Positions 17,966-26,740 of a stretch of DNA of 64,000 nt are shown piece by piece. Position numbers and translations under genes: made by a program. Positions within the stretch are counted from its first letter, which is position 1, and each line of letters starts with the position of its first letter. The DNA lies in assembly GCA_022843045.1 (NCBI GenBank), contig JALHOJ010000001.1, positions 55,585-119,584 of the forward strand, given 5' to 3'. Under the pieces are notes generated by a model. That model worked only from the letters and a program-made list of their open reading frames with translations. It searched no databases and was not told where the DNA came from. The stretch is from Phycisphaerales bacterium. GTDB taxonomy: Bacteria > Planctomycetota > Phycisphaerae > Phycisphaerales > UBA1924.

Positions 17966-20530
17966 ATGGACACCGGCAAACCGACCGAGAATCTGGCAGT
18001 CTCCACGACCGATGGCGCGAAAGACGTCGCGAGCGAACGCGTCGGCGACATGATCGGCCCGTATCGCCTCATCGAGCAGTTGGGCGAGGGCGGGTTCGGC
18101 ATCGTGTGGTTGGCGGAGCGCACCGAGCCGATGGTGCAGCGGGTGGCGATCAAGGTGCTCAAGCCCGGGATGGACAGCCGGGCGGTGATCGGTCGCTTCG
18201 AGCAGGAGCGTCAGGCCCTGGCGATGATGGACCATCCCAACGTTGCCCGCGTGTTTGACGCCGGGGCCACGGCGCGGGGACTGCCGTACTTCGTGATGGA
18301 GCACGTGCGGGGCGAGCCGATTACGCATTACTGCGATCGGCACATGCTCAGCACCGCACGACGGCTCGAACTGTTCGCTCAGGCATGTGACGCGATCGAG
18401 CACGCGCACGCAAAGGGAATCATCCACCGCGATCTCAAGCCTTCGAACGTGCTCGTCGGGGGCGACAGCGATCGCCCCGTCGTGAAGGTCATTGACTTTG
18501 GCATCGCCAAGGCAATCAACGCGATGGCCCAGCAGCAGTCGATCTTCACCGAGCGTGGCCAACTCGTCGGGACGCCCGAGTACATGTCGCCCGAGCAGGC
18601 CGACATGAACGCCGCAAGCATCGATACACGAACAGACGTGTACAGCCTGGGCGTGGTGCTGTACGAGTTGCTCTCGGGCACCCTGCCGTTTGATTCCACG
18701 TCGCTGCGGGCCGCGGGGTTTGCCGAGATTCAGCGGATCATCCGCGAGGTCGATCCGCCTCGCCCCGCGACACGTCTGAGCAGCATGGGAGATCGGGCGG
18801 ATGAGATCGCCAAGCGCCGCCACACCCGCGTGCGTGAGCTTTGCATTGAGCTCACGCGCGAATTGGAGTGGATTCCGCTTAAGGCCATTCGCAAAGACCG
18901 AGCCGAGCGCTATCGCTCCGCGGCTCAACTCGCCGACGACGTGCGCAACTACCTCTCGGGCCAGCCGCTGATCGCAGGGCCCGAGTCGGCGGCGTACCGC
19001 GTGCGCAAGTTCGTCCGCCGTCATCGCGTGGGCGTGTCCGTCGCGGCCCTCGTGCTTGCGATGATCGCGGGGTCGTCGGTCCTGATGGGCGTGCTGCTTG
19101 CCAAGACCCGCGCGGCCCAGAAACAGGCGGATGTCGCCGCCCGCGCAGCTCGCATCGAGGCCGACAAGTCCAAGGCCGTCACGGCGTTCGTCTCCGACAT
19201 GCTTCGCTCCGCAGATCCGGGGCGCGACGGGCGGCAAGTGAAGGTCGCCAGCGTGCTGGATCGCGCGGTGCCCGCGATCGGGCGGGCGGCGACCACGCAG
19301 CCCGAAGTCGCGGCGTCGATGCACGAAGTGGTCGGCGCGACGTACGAGAGCCTGGGCCTCTACGAAGACGCCGCCAAGCAGTTCCGCGCCTGCCTCGATC
19401 TGCGAACGGTCGCTCTCGGCCCCACACACCCCGACACGTTGCAGGCCAAGGCGAATCTAGCGCCATCGCTGCTTCCCCTGGGCAAGAGCGAGGAATCCAA
19501 AGCGCTGCTCGACGAAGCGGTGGCTGGCCTGATCGCGACCCGCGGCGCGGAGGATCGCAGCACGCTGCTGGCGCGGGCGTCGATGGCAAAGTGGCACCAT
19601 GAAACCGGCAAGATCGAAGAAGCCACGCGGCTGTTCCGCGAAGTCAGCGATGTGGGGCTGCGCATACTGCCCGAGAACGACGACCAGATGCCGATGTGGC
19701 TGGGGACCTTGGGCGTGCTGCTCACCGACACGGGCAAGCTCGACGAGGCCAAGACGTACGCCGACAAGGCCCTGGAGCGATCACGCCGCACGCTGGGCGA
19801 AGAACATCCAACCACGCAGTACTGCATGAACGTGCTGGCCCGCTGGCACCAGTTGCGAGGTGAGTTTGAGCCCGCCGAGAAGCTGTATCGCGAGGCGTAC
19901 GCGATCGGCCTGCGGGTCCTGGGCGAGGAGCACCAGACCACGCTGTACTGGATGAACAACGTCGCGAGGATCCTGCAGGATCAGAAGAAGTTCGACCAAG
20001 CCGCTGAGATTTACGAAAGGCTGGTCGCGGTGCAGGCTCGCGTGATGGGCGAGGAGAACGCCGACACGCTGATGATGACCAGCAACTGGGCCCGCTGCTA
20101 CCAGGACCTCAAGCAGTTTGAGAAGGCCGAGCCGCTGATGCGGAAGGTCGTGGAGGCGGGCCGGCGCACGCTGACGATCGACCACTTGAACGTCATGATC
20201 TGGCAGAACAACCTCGCGAAGCTGCTCGAACTCAAGGGCACGCCCGACCAGGCCCAGCCGCTCTACGCGGAGGTGGTTGCGAGCGCGCGCAAGAACCTGC
20301 CCGAGACCCACAACGTGCGCGCGACGTTCGAACTGAACCTGGGCCTGTGCGAAGCGCTGCTGGGCCACAACGACGCCGCCGAGCCGCTGTTGCTCGGCGC
20401 CGAGAAGGCGATGACCAGCATCTTTCCCGCGGGCAATCCGACGCTCAAGCAGGTGCGGACCAAGATCGCGGACTTTTACGAGAAGTGGGGCAAGTCGGAG
20501 AAGGCGGCGGAGTGGAAGGCGAAGGCCTGA
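17966..20530 (+). CDS. membrane Ser/Thr protein kinase with C-terminal TPR repeats
   Basis: Hanks kinase motifs GEGGFGIVW, AIKVLK, HRDLKPSNVLV, DFGIAK and PEYMSPEQ. One TM segment (VSVAALVLAMIAGSSVLMGVLLA). Then about 10 TPR-like repeats. Confidence 0.9.
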   Translation: MDTGKPTENLAVSTTDGAKDVASERVGDMIGPYRLIEQLGEGGFGIVWLAERTEPMVQRVAIKVLKPGMDSRAVIGRFEQERQALAMMDHPNVARVFDAGATARGLPYFVMEHVRGEPITHYCDRHMLSTARRLELFAQACDAIEHAHAKGIIHRDLKPSNVLVGGDSDRPVVKVIDFGIAKAINAMAQQQSIFTERGQLVGTPEYMSPEQADMNAASIDTRTDVYSLGVVLYELLSGTLPFDSTSLRAAGFAEIQRIIREVDPPRPATRLSSMGDRADEIAKRRHTRVRELCIELTRELEWIPLKAIRKDRAERYRSAAQLADDVRNYLSGQPLIAGPESAAYRVRKFVRRHRVGVSVAALVLAMIAGSSVLMGVLLAKTRAAQKQADVAARAARIEADKSKAVTAFVSDMLRSADPGRDGRQVKVASVLDRAVPAIGRAATTQPEVAASMHEVVGATYESLGLYEDAAKQFRACLDLRTVALGPTHPDTLQAKANLAPSLLPLGKSEESKALLDEAVAGLIATRGAEDRSTLLARASMAKWHHETGKIEEATRLFREVSDVGLRILPENDDQMPMWLGTLGVLLTDTGKLDEAKTYADKALERSRRTLGEEHPTTQYCMNVLARWHQLRGEFEPAEKLYREAYAIGLRVLGEEHQTTLYWMNNVARILQDQKKFDQAAEIYERLVAVQARVMGEENADTLMMTSNWARCYQDLKQFEKAEPLMRKVVEAGRRTLTIDHLNVMIWQNNLAKLLELKGTPDQAQPLYAEVVASARKNLPETHNVRATFELNLGLCEALLGHNDAAEPLLLGAEKAMTSIFPAGNPTLKQVRTKIADFYEKWGKSEKAAEWKAKA

Positions 20531-20552
20531 TCGCGCCGATGCACCAGACGCG

Positions 20553-23516
20553 TCACTTCGCCAGCAACGCCTTGCACTTGGCGAGCGTGTCGCGATACTC
20601 CTGGAGCTGCGAGTCTCCAGGCTTGAGGAACTTCTCGCTCAGTGTGACGGCCTCTTCGAGCTCGGGAAGGGCGGCGCGTGCGTCGTTCTGTTCGAGGCGA
20701 GCGGTGCCAGATTGCCAGAGCACGCTGGCCACCAAGCCCGAGCCTTCGGGTGTCGCTATTCGAAGGATGGCGATCGCTTCGTCCCAAGCAACTCGGGCCT
20801 CTGCGGTCTTGCCAAGGCCATGCTGCACGCCGGCGAGCGTGCTGAGGCTGGAAGCGAGGTCCTCGTGGGCGCTCGCGGGCTCTGCGCGGCGCAGCTGCAC
20901 CGCTTCTCGCGCCAGCGGTTCGGCCTCGGCGAACTTCTTCCGGTCCTGCAGCAGCAGAGCGAGATGGTGCACGCTGTCGGCAATCTTCGGGTCGCCCGCG
21001 GAGAGGGATTCGCGTCGGAGTTTCAGCGCTTCCCGAAAGAGCGGCTCTGCTTCGTCGAGCTTGCTCTGGGCCCGCAGGAGCATCGCGAGGTTGTTGAGGC
21101 CCTTGGCCAGGTCCGGATGCCCGGCGGGCAGGGCCTCGCGCCAAATCTCCAACGCTTCGCGGACGAGCTGCTCGGCCTCCGCGAGCTTGTTCTCTTCACG
21201 CAGCAGGTTTGCGAGGTTGTTCAGACCGATCGCGATCTCCGGGTGTCGCGGCGGGAGAGACGCGCGGTATATGTCCAGCGCCTCGCGCAGCAACGGCTCG
21301 GCCTCCGCGAGCTTGTTCTGTTTCTGCAAGACTACCGCAAGGTTGCCCAGACCAATTGCGAGGGTCGGGTGCCCTTTCGGGAGCGCGGCACGGTCGATCT
21401 CCAGCGCTTCGCGGAAGAGCGGCTCGGCCTGGGCAAACTTGCTTTGGGAGTAGAGCAGAAAGCCGAGGTTGTTGAGCACGCTCGCGCGGCCCGGGTGCCC
21501 CTCGGGGTGAACGGCGCGCCAAACGTCCAAGGCCTCGCGGTAGAGCGACTCGGCCTCGTCGAGGTTGTTCTGGTCCTGCAGGAGCATGGCGAGGTTGTTG
21601 AGGCTGGTGGCGAGGACCCGATTCCCGGAAGGGTGGTTGGCGCGATCGATCGCCAACGCTTCGCGGAAGAGGGTCTCGGCTTCGTCCAGCTTGTTCTGGT
21701 CCTGCAGGAGTGTCGCGAGGTTGTTCAGGCTGGTGCCGATGTCGTGGTGCCCTGCGGGCAGGGATGCTCGAGCGAGCGCGAGGGACTTGCGCAAGTTGGG
21801 CTCGGCGTCGTTGTAGCGGGCCAACTCGCGCAGCGTGACACCAATCGTGGAGCGCACGCGGGACTCTACCAGCGGCTGGTCCTTGAGCGAACCCTCATCC
21901 AGCCTTCGCACCGCGGTTTCGATCGCCTGGATCACCGTCACGCGGTCGCGCAACGGTTCATCCGTTTCCGGATCCCGGGGAAGCTGATCGGGATCGACGG
22001 AAGCGAGCATGTCGGTCTGAAAACTGGCGACCGCTTCCGCGATGGCCGCTTGCTTCTTTGCTTCCGCCTCTTGGGCGAGGGCCTCGGCACGCGCCGCGTC
22101 GGCTTGTTCCCGTTGCTTGGCTTCGGAAGCCTGGGCTTGGACGGCGATGTCGCGTTGGTCGCGAGCCACCTTGGCCTGCCACGCGAACGCGAGCGCGCCG
22201 ATGAGCAGTGACGCGGCCACCGCGCTCCCCGCCGCCACCATCACCCGATTGCGACGAACGAACTTCTTGACTTGGTACGCCCTGCTCGGCGGCGCGGCGA
22301 CCACCGCCCCGCCGGTCAGGTATCGCAGTATGTCCATCTCCAGCCCGCTGGCGGACTCATAGCGGCGCTGGCGGTTCTTTTCCATCGCCTTCATCACGAT
22401 CCAGTCGAGTTCGCCCCGCACCATGCTGCCCAGGCGCCTGGGCTCGGTCTGGCGCTTGGTCGCGACGCTGTCGATGGTGGCGGTGTTGGTGCTGAGGCGG
22501 GTGCTGGGCTTGGGCGGATCGACCTCGCGGATGATCCGCTGGATTTCGCCGTACGCCGCCGAGCGCAACTGATCGCTGCTGAAGGGCGTGGTGCCCGTAA
22601 GCAATTCGTAGAGCAGCACGCCCAGTGAGTACACGTCGGTGCGAGTGTCGATGTCGAGGCTGCCTTCGGCCTGCTCGGGGCTCATGTATTCGGGCGTGCC
22701 GATGATCTGGCGATGCTCGGTGAAGAGCGTCTTCTCGGTCAGTTTGCTCGCCGTGGCCTTGGCGACTCCGAAGTCGATCACCTTGGCGTGCGCCTTTCCG
22801 TCTTGCGTCGAGACAAGCACGTTGGACGGCTTGATGTCGCGATGGATGATGCCCTTGGTGTGGGCGTGCTGCAGCGCGGCGCACACCTGCGAGAACAACT
22901 CCAAGCGCGCAGTGATGCTGAGGTTGTTTCTGTCGCAGTATTGGACGATGGGCTCGCCCTTGACCAACTCCATCACGAAGTAGGGCCGGCCGGTCTGGGT
23001 CGCGCCGGCATCCAGCACCTTGGCGATGTTGGGGTGGTCCAGCATCGCGAGGGCCTGGCGTTCGGCCTCGAAGCGAGCGATCACCGCGCGGGTGTCCATC
23101 CCCAACTTGATGATCTTGAGCGCAACGCGGCGCTGTACCGGCTGGGTCTGCTCCGCAGCAAACACGACGCCAAACCCACCCTCGCCGATCCGCGAGAGCA
23201 GGCGATATCGATCGATCATCGAACCCGGAGGCTCGCTCATCGGCGCGGATTGCATCGCATCGTGCGCGGCGCGGATGTCCTCGGCCAGCGTCTCGACGGG
23301 GAGCGGCATCGCCTCTCCCGCGAGCAACTGGAGCACCAGCGATCGCAATGCCGCGTCGCCCGCGCACGCACGGTCGATGGCCGCTTCTCGCTCTGCGAGT
23401 TGCATCGTGCGCACGCTCAGGAACACGACCTTGGCTTGAGCCAGCCGGGCCGAAGCACCTGGATCCCCAGGGCCAGTCCCCGATCCCCCATCCGAGATCG
23501 ACATCGTGTCACTCAT
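20553..23516 (-). CDS. membrane Ser/Thr protein kinase with C-terminal TPR repeats, co-operonic with an ECF sigma factor
   Basis: N-terminal segment ...REAAIDRACAGDAALRSLVLQLLAGE, kinase motifs (GEGGFGVVF, HRDIKPSNVLV, DFGVAK), one TM segment and many TPR units (LNNLA.LL..Q.K..EAE.L.REAL). ATG 23516 overlaps the sigma stop as ATGA. Confidence 0.9.
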   Translation of the reverse strand: MSDTMSISDGGSGTGPGDPGASARLAQAKVVFLSVRTMQLAEREAAIDRACAGDAALRSLVLQLLAGEAMPLPVETLAEDIRAAHDAMQSAPMSEPPGSMIDRYRLLSRIGEGGFGVVFAAEQTQPVQRRVALKIIKLGMDTRAVIARFEAERQALAMLDHPNIAKVLDAGATQTGRPYFVMELVKGEPIVQYCDRNNLSITARLELFSQVCAALQHAHTKGIIHRDIKPSNVLVSTQDGKAHAKVIDFGVAKATASKLTEKTLFTEHRQIIGTPEYMSPEQAEGSLDIDTRTDVYSLGVLLYELLTGTTPFSSDQLRSAAYGEIQRIIREVDPPKPSTRLSTNTATIDSVATKRQTEPRRLGSMVRGELDWIVMKAMEKNRQRRYESASGLEMDILRYLTGGAVVAAPPSRAYQVKKFVRRNRVMVAAGSAVAASLLIGALAFAWQAKVARDQRDIAVQAQASEAKQREQADAARAEALAQEAEAKKQAAIAEAVASFQTDMLASVDPDQLPRDPETDEPLRDRVTVIQAIETAVRRLDEGSLKDQPLVESRVRSTIGVTLRELARYNDAEPNLRKSLALARASLPAGHHDIGTSLNNLATLLQDQNKLDEAETLFREALAIDRANHPSGNRVLATSLNNLAMLLQDQNNLDEAESLYREALDVWRAVHPEGHPGRASVLNNLGFLLYSQSKFAQAEPLFREALEIDRAALPKGHPTLAIGLGNLAVVLQKQNKLAEAEPLLREALDIYRASLPPRHPEIAIGLNNLANLLREENKLAEAEQLVREALEIWREALPAGHPDLAKGLNNLAMLLRAQSKLDEAEPLFREALKLRRESLSAGDPKIADSVHHLALLLQDRKKFAEAEPLAREAVQLRRAEPASAHEDLASSLSTLAGVQHGLGKTAEARVAWDEAIAILRIATPEGSGLVASVLWQSGTARLEQNDARAALPELEEAVTLSEKFLKPGDSQLQEYRDTLAKCKALLAK

Positions 23517-24088
23517 CGCTCGCCCTCCCCGTCGGACTCGCGGCGATCCGCGTGGTTGACGCGCGAGGCCAGCCACGCGCGCGCGAACTGCCAGTCAGTG
23601 GTGACCGTCATCCGCGACACGCCCAGCACCCGCGCGATCTGCTCCTGGTCCATGCCGCCGAACAGGCGCATCTCCGCGACGCGGGCGGAGCGTTCGTCGG
23701 CCTTCGCAAGTTCCTTGAGCAAGTCGTCGAGCTCCACCACCCGCACTTCGCGCGTCGCGGGCTGGTCCTCTCCCAAGTGGTCCACGCTGACGCGTGCGCG
23801 CTCGCGCCCGCCCCGCTTGTCGGCGTGCTTTCGCCGCGCGTCATCCACCAGCACCTGTCGCATCGCCTTGGCCGCGACGGCCATGAAGTGCTCGCGCCCC
23901 GACCAGCGCCGGTCCCCGCCCACCATTTTGAGAAAGGCTTCGTGAACCAGTGCCGTGGGCTGCAGGGTGCGTGCCGCGTCGCCAGGATGGTCCAGATAGC
24001 TCGACGCCAACGCCCGGAGCTCCGCGTACACCAGCGGGAGCAACTCGTTCATGGACGCATCGTCGCCGGGTTTCGCGTTGGAAAGCAT
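23513..24088 (-). CDS. ECF-type RNA polymerase sigma factor of the kinase-associated subfamily
   Basis: ELLPLVYAELRALASSYL...TLQPTALVHEAFLKM (region 2) and ...ARVAEMRLFGGMDQEQIARVLGVSRMTVTTDW (region 4 HTH). ATG 24088 lies within track ORF 23513..24157. Confidence 0.85.
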   Translation of the reverse strand: MLSNAKPGDDASMNELLPLVYAELRALASSYLDHPGDAARTLQPTALVHEAFLKMVGGDRRWSGREHFMAVAAKAMRQVLVDDARRKHADKRGGRERARVSVDHLGEDQPATREVRVVELDDLLKELAKADERSARVAEMRLFGGMDQEQIARVLGVSRMTVTTDWQFARAWLASRVNHADRRESDGEGER

Positions 24089-24182
24089 GTCGGTCACGGA
24101 GCGGAGAGATTGCACGACCTTTCTCCTGTAATGTACGGGCCCTGTCAACCCGCCCATCCCGCGCTGTGAACTTGGGTTACTT

Positions 24183-24270
24183 CAACCACGCAGTCCATGC
24201 CCCGCGCGCAAAGCACTTTCTCTTTTTTTCTAACCAGCACTTTGCGCGCGGCCCCGGAACTACGTGGTTG
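24183..24270. repeat. nested inverted repeats in the sigma / tail-fibre divergent intergenic region
   Basis: Outer pair CAACCACG (24183-24190) / CGTGGTTG (24263-24270). Inner pair CCGCGCGCAAAG (24202-24213) / CTTTGCGCGCGG (24240-24251). The centre is T-rich (TTTCTCTTTTTTTCT). Confidence 0.6.
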
Positions 24271-24329
24271 ATTCCAGAGGCGGCATGTCGCCGCCCAGTT
24301 CCCGACTTTGCTTCGAGAGGAGTTCACCC

Positions 24330-26111
24330 ATGGCCCGTCGCTCGTTTGTTCGCATTGCAGTCGTCGCGTTGCTTGCCGCCGCCGGTTCTTCCGCAGCCCT
24401 CGCCCAAAGCACCGCCATCACCTACCAAGGCCAGGTGAAGAACGGCGGCTCGGTGGTGAATTCGCCCTCCGACTTCCGCTTCTCGCTCTTCACGGCGGCA
24501 ATCGGCGGCACGCAGGTGGGCAGCACTGTCACGCAGAATGCGGTCGCCGTCGCCGATGGCCTCTTCACCACGCCCGTCGACTTCGGCTTCAATCCCTACA
24601 CGTCCGGCAACCAGAACACCTTCCTCCAGATCGAAGTGCGGAACCCGGCGGGGTCGGGGGCGTTTGTGCCGATGGGTGCGCGCCAACAACTCACGGCCGC
24701 GCCATTCAGTCTCGCGACCCGCGGCATCAACGTCACGGACATCTCCAACATCAGCAGCACCAACGATTCGCAGGTGGGCATCGGCACCGAATCGCCTCAG
24801 TCGCTGTTGCACGTGGTGGGTACCGGCTTCTTCACGGACATCGATGTTCCGTACGGCATCTTTGAGACCGCGGCGGACGCGAGTTCCGGCAATCGTTTCG
24901 GCCCGCAGGTGCGCCTCAAGCACGGTGGTCCGGGCGGGCAGGATTGGGTCACTGTGTCGGCTGGATCTGGCAACGGTCCTGCTGGCTCACTGATGTTTGT
25001 TCGCAGCGGGTCGAGCAGCGTACCCCTCACGCTGAGCCCGACCGACAACGTCGGCATCGGTACCGTCACGCCCGCCAACAGACTGTCCGTCAATGGCAAC
25101 GCGGACATCTCGGGCAGGCTTGGCGTCGGCATTGCAGCGCCGCAAGCTCCGCTGCATGTTCGTGCACCTCAGGTGACCACCGCCGCGGTCATGCAAGTCG
25201 ACACTTGCGGGGCTCCGTGCGGTGGACAAAACTACACCGAGGCACTTCGTTTGATCAACATCGCTGTTGCGGGTGGACTGCCCAACGGCGCTGGGCAGGT
25301 TGGTATCGGTCTGGCAACCGCCGCTGCGGCAACCGCGACATCCACGGCTGACGCCTGGATCGGAACCGGGTTTCCAAGCGACCCCGGGAACGGCAGCAAC
25401 GACTTCATCGTCGCGACCAAGACCAGCCCCACCGCCCTCACCAACCGCCTCCGCATCAATGGCGACAACGGCAATGTCGGCATCGGCACCGATGCGCCGA
25501 CCGCTCGCCTGCACAACGTCGGGACCACGCGCCTTGACGGCTCGCTCCAGTTCGGTGCCGACCTCCAAAACGGCAACACGCTGAGGTGGAATCGATTTGA
25601 TGGCGGCCCTGGCTCCACGCTCGCCACGCTCGATATCTCCCCGGTAACCGTTGCGAACAGTTCTGCGTTCGCCATCAGCCGCAACGGCTCGCAGGTCTTC
25701 CTGTTCCAGTTGGACGGCGTTGCCGGGAAGCTCGGGGGCGGTGCCTGGGCCGTCCTCAGCGACGAGCGCAGCAAGAACGACATCCAGCCCATGACCGGCA
25801 CGCTCGATCGCCTGCTCCAACTCAAGGGCCACGCGTACACCTACAAGCCCGAGTTCGTGCAGGAAGGCCGCGCCCTGCCCGGCATGCAGATCGGCCTGGT
25901 CGCCCAGGAAGTCGAAGCCGTCTTCCCCGACTGGGTCACCACCGGTGCCGACGGCCTGAAGCAAGTCACCGAGCGTTCGACCACCGCCCTCATGGTCGAA
26001 GCCCTGCGTGATCTGCGCACCGAGAAGGACGCAGAAATCAACGATCTCAAGGCCCGCCTTGAGAAGCTTGAAGCGTTGCTCGCTGCCCAGGTCGCCTCGC
26101 AGGCCAAGTAA
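24330..26111 (+). CDS. secreted tail-fibre-like protein with C-terminal S74-type intramolecular chaperone (autoproteolytic) domain
   Basis: GAGAGGAG lies upstream of ATG 24330. Signal peptide ...SSAALAQ. N-terminal ITYQGQVKNGGSVVNSPSDFRFSLF repeat style. C-terminal SDERSKNDIQ...IGLVAQEVEAVFPDWV...coiled coil (25758-26108). Confidence 0.85.
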   Translation: MARRSFVRIAVVALLAAAGSSAALAQSTAITYQGQVKNGGSVVNSPSDFRFSLFTAAIGGTQVGSTVTQNAVAVADGLFTTPVDFGFNPYTSGNQNTFLQIEVRNPAGSGAFVPMGARQQLTAAPFSLATRGINVTDISNISSTNDSQVGIGTESPQSLLHVVGTGFFTDIDVPYGIFETAADASSGNRFGPQVRLKHGGPGGQDWVTVSAGSGNGPAGSLMFVRSGSSSVPLTLSPTDNVGIGTVTPANRLSVNGNADISGRLGVGIAAPQAPLHVRAPQVTTAAVMQVDTCGAPCGGQNYTEALRLINIAVAGGLPNGAGQVGIGLATAAAATATSTADAWIGTGFPSDPGNGSNDFIVATKTSPTALTNRLRINGDNGNVGIGTDAPTARLHNVGTTRLDGSLQFGADLQNGNTLRWNRFDGGPGSTLATLDISPVTVANSSAFAISRNGSQVFLFQLDGVAGKLGGGAWAVLSDERSKNDIQPMTGTLDRLLQLKGHAYTYKPEFVQEGRALPGMQIGLVAQEVEAVFPDWVTTGADGLKQVTERSTTALMVEALRDLRTEKDAEINDLKARLEKLEALLAAQVASQAK

Positions 26112-26218
26112 CCCACCACCCACGAAAACTCCGCAGGTTCGAACGCCGGTCCTGAGGCTCTGCGAAGGGCCGGGTCGAACCACCCGGAGCGATCGTTCTC
26201 GACAGAAAGGACACCACC

Positions 26219-26671
26219 ATGAAACCCTTCACGCTTGCAAGCGCGACGCTCGCACTCCTCGCCTCCGCAAGCCTCGCCCACGCTCAGTTCACGATTCCCT
26301 GGTCCACCGTCGACTGTGGCGGCGGAACCGTCAACGGCGGCCCGTTCCAAGTGAGCGGCACCATCGGCCAACCCGACGCCGTGCAGAGCCTCACAGGCGG
26401 CTCCTTCACGATCACCGGCGGCTTCTGGCCCGTCTCAATCCCCACGGGCCCAAGCTGCGACTCCATCGACTTCAACAACGATGGCGGTTCCTTCGACCCC
26501 CAAGACATCGACGCGTTCCTGAGCGTCTTCAGCGAAGGACCTTGCATCCCAGAGACCGCAACCTGCAACGACATCGACTTCAACAACGACGGCGCGCTCT
26601 TTGACCCCTGCGATATCGACGCCTTCCTGCTGCTGTTCAGCGAAGGCCCCTGCACGCTCTGCGGCGCGTAA
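26219..26671 (+). CDS. small secreted protein ending in a 71-aa Cys-rich double dockerin-like module
   Basis: GAAAGGA lies upstream of ATG 26219. Signal peptide ...SLAHA. FTIPWSTVDCGGGTVNGGPFQVSGTIGQPDA...GGFWP domain. The C-terminal module is at 26456-26668. Confidence 0.85.
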   Translation: MKPFTLASATLALLASASLAHAQFTIPWSTVDCGGGTVNGGPFQVSGTIGQPDAVQSLTGGSFTITGGFWPVSIPTGPSCDSIDFNNDGGSFDPQDIDAFLSVFSEGPCIPETATCNDIDFNNDGALFDPCDIDAFLLLFSEGPCTLCGA

Positions 26672-26687
26672 ACCCTCAAAAAAGCAA

Positions 26688-26726
26688 GCGTCGAGTGCAG
26701 CCTGACGGCGCACTCGACGCTTTTCA
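26688..26726. terminator. bidirectional intrinsic terminator between the dockerin-tagged gene and ssrA
   Basis: 11-bp perfect stem GCGTCGAGTGC / GCACTCGACGC. TTTTCATTT follows on the top strand and TTGCTTTTTTGAG follows on the bottom strand. Confidence 0.75.
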
Positions 26727-26740
26727 TTTCGGAAACAAAG

